From an uncultured Candidatus Berkelbacteria bacterium (GTDB lineage: Bacteria > Patescibacteriota > UBA1384 > 2-12-FULL-50-11): a stretch of DNA of 63,628 nucleotides. Every line of letters starts with the position of its first letter. The first letter of the stretch is position 1. The stretch is from the NCBI GenBank assembly GCA_903839975.1, contig CAIMEH010000002.1, positions 1 through 63,628 on the forward strand, in the 5' to 3' direction. The position numbers were made by a program, and so were the translations under genes. Below are positions 1-7,701 of the stretch, in pieces. The notes under the pieces were generated by a model. That model worked only from the letters and a program-made list of their open reading frames with translations. It searched no databases and had not been told where the DNA came from.

Positions 1-2
1 AA

Positions 3-2261
3 ATTGGTAGGTCAGTAATCACGGGCGGTGCACCACCGGAAATAAAGAAAGAAGAAAAGAAAGACGAGAAAAAAGATCTACCTGGGCAAGTTCAACAGGC
101 GATAAAGGGGATTGAAGAAAAAATTACCAAACTTGGTTTCGAGGCAACTGTTAGAATTCTAGCGGCTGCTCCCGATCAGTTTGCTGCCCATGCCAAGTTA
201 GAGCAGGTGATAGGGGCATTCAAACAATATAATAGTATCAACTTAAACTCTTTTATATCTAAAGACATTACTAATGACCGGGCTGCAATTGAACTGTATA
301 AAAAACGTGAGATAGGGGAGCCGTCGATGATTTTCAATATTACCGAGTTAGCTTCTATTTATCATTTCCCATCAGAAACAGTTACAACGCCAACAATTTC
401 GTGGGCAGGAGCCAAGAAAGGGGAGCCGCCTTCCAATCTTCCGATAGTTGGTACTGTTCCAGCCGATGAGCTAACGGTTTTTGCAAAAACGAACTATCGT
501 AACGAAGTTAAAAACTTTGGTCTCAAAAAAATCGATCGCCGTCTTCATACATACATTATCGGGAAGACCGGTACCGGTAAGTCTACCTTAATGGAGAACA
601 TGATTTACGACGACATTTGTGAAGGCCGTGGCGTTGCCGTAGTTGATCCGCACGGCGAGCTTATCGATCATATTCTCAATTTCATTCCGCCAGAGCGTAT
701 CGATGATGTCATCTATTTTGCTCCAGCCGATTATGATTATCCGCTTGGCTTTAACATTCTTGAGCAGGTTGATCCAAATATGCGCAACGTTGTTGCCTCG
801 GGTGTGGTTGGCATCTTCAAAAAGATCTTCGGCGAGAGCTGGGGTCCACGATTGGAATATATTTTAAGAAATGCTGTTACCGCTTTACTAGACTATCCAA
901 ACGCCACACTGCTCGGCGTAATGCGAATTCTTACCGACAACGCCTATCGTCGTTCGGTTCTTAGTGAAATCAAAGACCCAGTTATTCGCGATTTCTTTGT
1001 GAACGAGTACGAAAAATACGAGCCAAAATTCCGCCAAGAAGCTATTGCTCCAATTCAGAACAAGGTCGGTCAATTTACATCCTCGTCTACTATTCGAAAC
1101 ATTATCGGTCAACCAAAATCGAAGATGGATATTCGTAAAATAATGGATGAAGGCAAGATACTGCTTGCAGATTTATCTACCGGTAAGATCGGTGAAGACA
1201 ACTCTGCTCTTCTGGGTGCAATGTTAATTACTAAAATTCAGTTAGCGGCCATGGGTCGAACTAATATCGCCGAAGTTGATCGTCGCGATTTCTATCTATA
1301 TGTCGATGAGTTTCAAAACTTTGCCACCGATTCATTTGCCACTATTTTATCCGAGGCTCGTAAATACCGCCTGAATTTGGTGATGATTAACCAGTATATC
1401 AGTCAGATGCCAGAGACTGTTGCCAACGCTCTATTTGGTAACGTCGGTACGATGATCGCATTTCGTGTCGGAGCAAGTGATGCTAGCGTGATGCTGAAAG
1501 AGTATGCGCCCGTTTTTGATGAAAACGATTTAGTTAATCAGCCGAACCGCCATATTTATATCAAGATGGCAATTGACGGTGTGACTGTGCCGGCATTCTC
1601 CGCCGGAACGTTACCGCCTCCACAGGAGAAATCTAATCTACGTGACGAGGTTATAGCTAGTTCACGAAGTAAATACGCAACTCCACGTAATGAAGTAGAG
1701 GACTATATTACCGAATGGTCTGCACCGATGGATCTGTCGGAACAGTGGCAGCAGGAGGGTGGCTCAAAAAAAGCTGAACGGTCACTAAGTGACCGTATTA
1801 CTCCAGAGGGCAAGAAACCAGAAGCAGTAACTGTTGCGCCAGCTCAAAGCCAACAGGTTCCAGAACCTGTTGAAGAGCCAATCGCAAACGAAACTAACCT
1901 GTTATTAGAAAACCGAAAGATTGAGCTTCTTACCGACAGGTTCAACCGCCGTTGGTATTCAGTTTCGCCACCAAAAGATCAGATGCCAACGGATTTGGGA
2001 GCGGAGGAGAGTGAGAAAGAAAATAATTTAACACAAAACGAGCCTGCACCAGAGATAGCTAATACAACGCCAGCAATTGTGAATACGGAAATTGTTGAAC
2101 CAGCTGATACACCCACCGAAACTGAGAGCAGGGGAGAGGTGGACAATTTAGAACCGCTAATTACGTGGGAGAAAGCCGATGAGCTGGGACTAGGTGCGGC
2201 AGAAACACGAAATAGACCACATGAATCGGACGATGAATTCCAGCCGATCGACGAGTTGTAA
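3..2261 (+). CDS. VirD4/TraG-like type IV secretion coupling ATPase, 5'-partial (runs off the left edge)
   Basis: Has Walker A GKTGTGKST, DPHGE and a Walker-B-like YLYVDEFQNF motif. The frame is open with protein-like sequence from nt 3 up to the listed GTG at 207. The C-terminal tail (~200 aa) is long and rich in acidic residues, Pro and Thr. Confidence 0.75.
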   Translation: MGRSVITGGAPPEIKKEEKKDEKKDLPGQVQQAIKGIEEKITKLGFEATVRILAAAPDQFAAHAKLEQVIGAFKQYNSINLNSFISKDITNDRAAIELYKKREIGEPSMIFNITELASIYHFPSETVTTPTISWAGAKKGEPPSNLPIVGTVPADELTVFAKTNYRNEVKNFGLKKIDRRLHTYIIGKTGTGKSTLMENMIYDDICEGRGVAVVDPHGELIDHILNFIPPERIDDVIYFAPADYDYPLGFNILEQVDPNMRNVVASGVVGIFKKIFGESWGPRLEYILRNAVTALLDYPNATLLGVMRILTDNAYRRSVLSEIKDPVIRDFFVNEYEKYEPKFRQEAIAPIQNKVGQFTSSSTIRNIIGQPKSKMDIRKIMDEGKILLADLSTGKIGEDNSALLGAMLITKIQLAAMGRTNIAEVDRRDFYLYVDEFQNFATDSFATILSEARKYRLNLVMINQYISQMPETVANALFGNVGTMIAFRVGASDASVMLKEYAPVFDENDLVNQPNRHIYIKMAIDGVTVPAFSAGTLPPPQEKSNLRDEVIASSRSKYATPRNEVEDYITEWSAPMDLSEQWQQEGGSKKAERSLSDRITPEGKKPEAVTVAPAQSQQVPEPVEEPIANETNLLLENRKIELLTDRFNRRWYSVSPPKDQMPTDLGAEESEKENNLTQNEPAPEIANTTPAIVNTEIVEPADTPTETESRGEVDNLEPLITWEKADELGLGAAETRNRPHESDDEFQPIDEL

Positions 2262-2496
2262 TCAATCTATTAAATTATTTTTTTACTACGTCTCCCCCGC
2301 CATATGCAGGGGAGGGCATAATTAAAATTTTTTTTCGTGAATTTCCCCTGGCCTAGGGTCTGAGCTAGGGCGATATAGGTGAATTAAAACACGAAATAAA
2401 GGAGGTCTCTCGGCCAAGCTGATTTTACCAAAAATGCCCTATTTTTGCCTGTTTTGTTTTACTACGTCGCACAAGATACATTATCAGACAAAACTA

Positions 2497-2811
2497 TTAT
2501 TCGTTCTGTAGCGCTTTATCGGCCTGTTCCCTCTTTATTAAGAGATATGGATACACTTTCCGTATCAATTCAATTGCTTGACTTCCCTTGATCTCCCATC
2601 TGTGGCAGTTACCGGTTTGATTATGATTATTAGTGATCGTTCCTTCGAAATTTTCCTTAAGCCAATTACATATCCGCATATCTTTTTGCATTACTGATAT
2701 TCTTGAGTAAATATAAGCCTTGCCGCGCCCATTTTTAAAAGCTCTTCTGTCGATGTGGCCCTCGCCATCTAATATTCCTGCTAAATAGATTATTTTTTCT
2801 CTTGAATTCAT
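2497..2811 (-). CDS. Free-standing LAGLIDADG homing-endonuclease-like protein (single motif, 104 aa)
   Basis: N-terminal IIYLAGILDGEGHI is a near-canonical LAGLIDADG motif. An extended -10 (TGATATGAT, 2818-2826) sits 6 nt before the ATG. Confidence 0.65.
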   Translation of the reverse strand: MNSREKIIYLAGILDGEGHIDRRAFKNGRGKAYIYSRISVMQKDMRICNWLKENFEGTITNNHNQTGNCHRWEIKGSQAIELIRKVYPYLLIKREQADKALQNE

Positions 2812-3000
2812 ACAGCCATCATATCAAATTCTCTTTAGCATATACTTTGAACCTATTAAATATACTTTACGGTCAAAAATGCCCGTAGAGCGCGTTTTAT
2901 ATTTTAGACGATTAACTAGTCGGCTTTGTTCGTAAATTTGCAAACGTTTATGACTAAAAACGCGTAGCGCGCATAATTTGCGCACATTGCTACCGCACAA

Positions 3001-3924
3001 TTACGAATTTTTGTTTTGGGCTTTGGTAAAGGCCCTATTTTGCCAAATTACGAGCAATGGTGTGGCGGTAAATATCGACGAGTAGGTTCCAATAGCAATT
3101 CCGATCAATAGCGTTACAACGAATGATCTAATACTTTCACCACCAAGCACAGTTAGCGCTAATAGGGTTAAAAGCACGGTCAAACTGGTCGATAGCGATC
3201 TGTTTAGGGTCTCACCTAGGGATTTATCGGCTAACTCTTCAAACTCGGTAGCATTCTGGGAGCGGTTGTGAATTAAGTTCTCCCTTATACGGTCGAAAAC
3301 CACAATAGTATCGTGAACCGAGAAACCCATAACCGTTAGCATGGCGGTAATAAACGAAGAATCTATCTCGTAGTGTAAGAAGTGGGCGAGTATCGTAAAA
3401 GTTCCAACGGTTATAACCAAGTCGTGCAGCAACGCTGCCACGGCCACGGTACCAAATCTCCAGGAAGAAACTGGATGGGAAACTGCCCTAAATGCGTAAG
3501 CCAAATAAAGAATAATCAGGACGGCAGCGATAATAATTGCCTGCACTGCTTTAAAAGTTAAATCTCTTGATACGCTTGGGCCAACTAACTGATACGAAAC
3601 TTCGGTGGTTTTGCCAAAATCGGTATTTAATTCCGTTAGAACTTTTTGATGTTCGTCCTCTGTTATCGGCAAAATTTTTACCAAATATGTTCCCGCTTGG
3701 GTTTTGGATATTACGGCGCCTTTTGCTTCTGGGTATCCCCCAACCTTATCTGCCAAATCAACCTGTTGGACAGGTTTGTCGAATTGTAGTTCTAAGAGCG
3801 CTCCCCCTTTGAAGTCGATTCCAAGTGGCAGCTTCCAAACAATCAATGCAATAATCCCCGGCACCATGATAAGGGCCGAGATTGTTAACCACCAGAATTT
3901 CTTTTTTCCTAAAAATTTTAACAT
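3001..3924 (-). CDS. secF: Protein translocase subunit SecF
   Basis: 307 aa, polytopic, SecF-type sequence, overlaps the secD stop by 1 nt. Confidence 0.9.
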   Translation of the reverse strand: MLKFLGKKKFWWLTISALIMVPGIIALIVWKLPLGIDFKGGALLELQFDKPVQQVDLADKVGGYPEAKGAVISKTQAGTYLVKILPITEDEHQKVLTELNTDFGKTTEVSYQLVGPSVSRDLTFKAVQAIIIAAVLIILYLAYAFRAVSHPVSSWRFGTVAVAALLHDLVITVGTFTILAHFLHYEIDSSFITAMLTVMGFSVHDTIVVFDRIRENLIHNRSQNATEFEELADKSLGETLNRSLSTSLTVLLTLLALTVLGGESIRSFVVTLLIGIAIGTYSSIFTATPLLVIWQNRAFTKAQNKNS

Positions 3925-5189
3925 TAGACTTTGGCTAAATATTTTTGGCCGAACTTCCCTATCGCGAATAGTCGCAACAATTCCCTGCTAGTTGTGATTG
4001 AACTAAACAGCGACACAATTACACCGATTGCCAGCGTTAAGGCAAATCCCCTAACCAACCCGGTTGTGTTGAAATACAAAACCGCACAAGTAATTAATGT
4101 GGCAACGTTTGAGTCTCTAACAGACGGCCATGCCCGTTTAAAGCCCTCTTCCATAGCGATTTTTAGATCTCTCCCCCGTCTCAATTCTTCCCTCATTCGT
4201 TCGAAAATAAGAATATTGGCATCCACAGCCATTCCGATAGAAAGAATAAATCCAGCAATACCGGCTAGAGTCAGCGTAACAGGTATCCACTTGAAGATGG
4301 CTATTGTGATCACCGAGTAGCCCATAAGGGCCAACACGGCCACAAAGCCTGCTAGACGGTAGTTGATGATCATGAACAGCATAACTAGTCCTAGGCCGAT
4401 TACACCGGCCACCAGGCTCATCTTAACCGAGTCCTCACCTAAAGTAGCTCCGACGGTTCTCTGCTCTACTAGACTAATCGGCACATCGAGCGCACCTGAG
4501 TTTAAAAGATTGGCAATATTAGTTGCTTCTTGAACGGTAAATTGTCCGGTAATAACTGCTTTACCGCCAGTAATAGCTTCGTTAACATTCGGCGAAGAAA
4601 GTATCGTATTATCTAAAAATATTGCTACAGGCTTACCGACGTTAGCGCCTGTTATGTCCGAGAAAAGTTTAGCTCCATCGCTGTTAAACTCCAGGCTAAT
4701 TTGTGGTGCGTTAGTGTTTTGATCGAATGTAACAGAAGATTTTGATAGCTGCTTACCGGTTAGCTGGGTGTCTACCCATTTAATATTGTCGCTTGTGGAT
4801 GCCGGGTCTAAGGTTTTAAACTCAAGCTGGGCCGTCTGACCAATTAACGATATTGCCTGATTAACGTCTTTTAGTCCTGGCAGATCAACTAAAATTGCTT
4901 GATCGTTCCCCAGTTTGATTGGCTGAATAACTGGCTCGCTTACCCCCGTTGAGTTAACACGACGCTCAATAACTTGCTGGGTTGAGGTAATTGCCTGAGC
5001 TTGGTCGGCAATAGCAGTTTTGGACAGGTCGAGCTGGTACTTTAGTTCTACCCCACCCTGAAGATCTAATCCTTGATTAACGATGGTTGGATGTTTTAGA
5101 AATGACGTTGTACGTGGCAAGCTAACGTAAGCGCCAATTCCAATTATTGCCAAAATTAACACTAATCCAATCCAGAAATTTCTTCTCAT
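3924..5189 (-). CDS. secD: Protein translocase subunit SecD
   Basis: 421 aa with an N-terminal TM, a periplasmic domain and C-terminal SecD/SecF TM bundle motifs. Lies immediately upstream of secF. Confidence 0.9.
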   Translation of the reverse strand: MRRNFWIGLVLILAIIGIGAYVSLPRTTSFLKHPTIVNQGLDLQGGVELKYQLDLSKTAIADQAQAITSTQQVIERRVNSTGVSEPVIQPIKLGNDQAILVDLPGLKDVNQAISLIGQTAQLEFKTLDPASTSDNIKWVDTQLTGKQLSKSSVTFDQNTNAPQISLEFNSDGAKLFSDITGANVGKPVAIFLDNTILSSPNVNEAITGGKAVITGQFTVQEATNIANLLNSGALDVPISLVEQRTVGATLGEDSVKMSLVAGVIGLGLVMLFMIINYRLAGFVAVLALMGYSVITIAIFKWIPVTLTLAGIAGFILSIGMAVDANILIFERMREELRRGRDLKIAMEEGFKRAWPSVRDSNVATLITCAVLYFNTTGLVRGFALTLAIGVIVSLFSSITTSRELLRLFAIGKFGQKYLAKV

Positions 5190-5231
5190 CTACATCCAGT
5201 TTTACCTTAAAAACCGTTCCAAGAAAAGCCC

Positions 5232-6287
5232 TTAAAGGTATTCGCCGCGATTTTTGGCCTGGAGTTCTTCCACAACTTTTTTCACATCTTGAACGCTGTC
5301 TTTGGCGCAAACCAAAATCACGTCTTCAGTATCTATTACCACGACGTCCTTCAGGCCCACGGTGGCGATTAATTTTCCATTTCCCATTACTAGGGTATTC
5401 TCTGAGTTGTTGCTAATGTGGTTTAAGGTAGCAATTTGAGTCGACTCCCCTTTTTCGGTTAGTATCTCGTGCAGAGCCGCCCAGTCACCAATATCGCTCC
5501 ATCCCATTTCGGCAGGTATTACCGCGAGGTTACTCAATTTTTCTATAATTGCTTTATCGAACGGTTCTTTGGGTATTTTTTCGTATGTTTCTGCGGATGG
5601 CTTAGCAATGTAGCTCTCTAATTTATTGAAAATATCAGATGAATATTCTCTGAAATATTCCTGCATTTTTTTGCCGTTAAAAATAAAGTAGCTAGCATTC
5701 CAGAGATAGTCCCCTTCTTCTAGATATTTCTCGGCGGTAGCTAGGTCTGGCTTCTCGTGAAAAGAGTTAACAGCGTAAACGTTACGTCTGCCGATAGAAG
5801 TAATCTTGTTATTGAATTTAATATAACCATAGCCTGTGTTTGGCTCAGTCGGGTGGATGCCCACAGTTACTACTGAATCGGGACTGCTCTCGTTATACTT
5901 GTATGCCTTATCAATGATATCGGTAAAAACCTTTTCTTTGCTGATGTAGTGATCGGCGGCCATAATACCGATGCTTGCCTCAGAATCTTCCTTGAGGATC
6001 TCGAGTGTAATCAAGCCGCTGGCTGCGGCGGTATTACGAGCAGAAGGCTCTGTGATGATATGCTTTTTGGGCAAGTCAGGAAGTTGCTCATGAACAATGT
6101 CGGCGTATTGTTCGCCGGTCATCACCCATATCTGTTCGTTAGGAATAACTTTAAGTATTCGGCTATATGTTTGTTGCAGAAGCGTCTGATCGCCGATTAA
6201 TTTTTGGAACTGTTTTGGTGTCGATTTTCGGCTAAGCGGCCAAAGTCTTGTTCCGGCTCCGCCAGCCATGATTACTGCATGTCTCAT
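5232..6287 (-). CDS. Mannose-1-phosphate guanylyltransferase (NTP-transferase family)
   Basis: N-terminal MAGGAGTRLWPLSR nucleotidyltransferase signature, 351 aa. Confidence 0.8.
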   Translation of the reverse strand: MRHAVIMAGGAGTRLWPLSRKSTPKQFQKLIGDQTLLQQTYSRILKVIPNEQIWVMTGEQYADIVHEQLPDLPKKHIITEPSARNTAAASGLITLEILKEDSEASIGIMAADHYISKEKVFTDIIDKAYKYNESSPDSVVTVGIHPTEPNTGYGYIKFNNKITSIGRRNVYAVNSFHEKPDLATAEKYLEEGDYLWNASYFIFNGKKMQEYFREYSSDIFNKLESYIAKPSAETYEKIPKEPFDKAIIEKLSNLAVIPAEMGWSDIGDWAALHEILTEKGESTQIATLNHISNNSENTLVMGNGKLIATVGLKDVVVIDTEDVILVCAKDSVQDVKKVVEELQAKNRGEYL

Positions 6288-6296
6288 ATGGGTATA

Positions 6297-7046
6297 TTAA
6301 ATCGCAATGCCTGTTTTGGCCAGAGCTGATTTTAAGTCTTCTGGTAACGGAGCAGTGTACTCTTTATCCTCAAGTTTGATGTTTGAGGCGTGTAGAAACT
6401 GTCTATTGAGTCCGATATTTTTTGCAATTTCGTCTGTCGCTTTTTCCCCGTAGAGTTTATCCCCAATCAATGGATGGCTAATTGCTTTGAAATGAATTCT
6501 AATCTGGTGTGTTCGGCCGGTAACTGGATGGGCTTCAACCAAACTAACCACAGCACCGGAAAGCTTGTAGCTTTCTGTGCTGGGCTTCGCCTTTGGCTCG
6601 GCTTTTTTACTGTTAACGTGGCCAACTGCTAATAATTTGTAGCGCGTTATTGACGGTCGTGATTTTTGATCATTTAACCAAACAACTTTCATTTTGTCGT
6701 TTTTGTTGTCGCGAGCAATCGATAGCTCGATCTCGCCTTCTTTATTGCACTCCCCTACTACCAAGGCGATGTATATTTTTTCGACCTGTCTCCCCTGCCA
6801 CTCAAGCTTCAGTCTCTCTTGGGCGTCTTTATTCTTGGCCCAAATTGTAACGCCGGAGGTATCGGTGTCTAATCGATGAACAATTCCGTATCTTTCTTCC
6901 TCCTTCCAGTCGCTTTTATTAATATGGCCATTCTCAATTAGCCAATCACGAAGTGTCGCTTCGTGTGATGGTGGCTCGCAAGCCATGCCAGGCGGTTTAT
7001 TGATAACGAAATAGTCAGGCGTTTCTGTAATTATTTCCGGGCTCAT
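6297..7046 (-). CDS. RluA-family pseudouridine synthase
   Basis: HRLDTDTSGV catalytic-Asp motif, 249 aa. A TACAAT box (7054-7059) sits 7 nt upstream of the ATG. Confidence 0.85.
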   Translation of the reverse strand: MSPEIITETPDYFVINKPPGMACEPPSHEATLRDWLIENGHINKSDWKEEERYGIVHRLDTDTSGVTIWAKNKDAQERLKLEWQGRQVEKIYIALVVGECNKEGEIELSIARDNKNDKMKVVWLNDQKSRPSITRYKLLAVGHVNSKKAEPKAKPSTESYKLSGAVVSLVEAHPVTGRTHQIRIHFKAISHPLIGDKLYGEKATDEIAKNIGLNRQFLHASNIKLEDKEYTAPLPEDLKSALAKTGIAI

Positions 7047-7067
7047 TATTTTGATTGTACCTTATAT

Positions 7068-7096
7068 ATAAAGAGATAGGGCCCCGAAGGGCCCCT
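7068..7096 (-). terminator. Intrinsic-terminator-like hairpin with a cUUCGg tetraloop
   Basis: The minus strand reads ggggcccuucggggcccu followed by aucucuuuauauau. Confidence 0.6.
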
Positions 7097-7316
7097 TTAT
7101 GTTCGATGGGTATTTATGTGATGATAGCTGCCCGTTAACGGGCAGGAGGCTTTCCGGCCTCACCTTTGTGTTTTCCCCGATTCCCTTTTTCGAGCGGAAT
7201 GGGCAGCACTAGGGGTATTTTGCCCCCGTATGTTTTTTGCTTTTCCCGAGGCATCCCTCAGGCAGCGCCGCTCTCGGCGGCATTTTTTCTCTGTGTCGCC
7301 GAAGAACATTCGGTAA
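7075..7316 (-). ncRNA. Candidate structured RNA 2 (unknown family)
   Basis: Minus-strand TTGATA (7347-7352), N18, ATTATA (7323-7328) promoter. At least six consecutive hairpins follow. It ends in a GGGCC-C(UUCG)G-GGCCC hairpin (7079-7095) followed by a U-rich tract. No ORF of 60 aa or more. Confidence 0.4.
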
Positions 7317-7377
7317 CATCTGTATAATGCCATAAATCTGAAATATTATCAATACTTTTAGCGGCTATTTCTAGGTT

Positions 7378-7404
7378 AAAAAAACCGCAGGACGTCTCCT
7401 ACGG
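7378..7404 (-). terminator. Rho-independent terminator
   Basis: The minus strand reads ccguagg-agacgu-ccugcgg followed by uuuuuuu. Confidence 0.7.
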
Positions 7405-7659
7405 TTGTTGCCAAGCTCTAACTCGAAAGTTGCTCGTCAGCTGTCTTGGTCTGGACATGGCTCGCGGTCGAGGTCTTACGACGTCGGCGCGGGCATTCTC
7501 TTTAGTTTTGCCCTAATCTCGTTCGGTATTTGCGATAAGGCGGCTCGCTATACCTAGGACTCTTCGTCCGTGCCACAACATCTGGCGGTGTGGGGATGCC
7601 TTCCCTGTTCAAGCTAACTGCTTTCGCAGTATCTAGTTTCCCGGGATCGGAAACATGAT
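7380..7659 (-). ncRNA. Candidate structured RNA 1 (unknown family)
   Basis: Bounded by a consensus promoter (7666-7694) and a hairpin plus U7 terminator (7378-7404). Only the minus-strand reading gives the GAAA (GNRA) and UUCG tetraloops and a G-U pair, which becomes a C-A mismatch on the plus strand. Confidence 0.45.
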
Positions 7660-7665
7660 GATGAA

Positions 7666-7694
7666 ATAGTACCACTTTCCTGCTATCTTGTCAA
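7666..7694 (-). promoter_or_regulatory. Sigma70-like promoter, TTGACA-N17-TACTAT
   Basis: The reverse complement of 7666-7694 is ttgacaagatagcaggaaagtggtactat. It points into the gene-free region. Confidence 0.65.
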
Positions 7695-7701
7695 TACATT
7701 C

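Noticed and set aside
2281-2468. A MITE-like insertion defined by the 12-nt direct repeat ttttactacgtc.
   Set aside because: No terminal inverted repeats are visible inside the 164-bp segment, and there are no other copies in the window. The repeat is noted under the LAGLIDADG finding but is not called a mobile element.
7047-7701. Identification of the structured RNA locus as RNase P RNA, tmRNA, SRP RNA, 6S RNA or a T-box.
   Set aside because: By eye I could not find the following:
- The paired P4 strands of RNase P. Only a loose GAAGAGUCCUAGG is present, with no complementary ACAGAAxCC...CUU partner.
- A tRNA-like acceptor/T-arm or an Ala-rich tag ORF, as expected for tmRNA.
- The GGAAGCAGC domain IV motif of SRP RNA.
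- A T-box sequence.

The total length and two-unit organisation also do not fit 6S RNA. This is a manual check only, and covariance-model search is needed.
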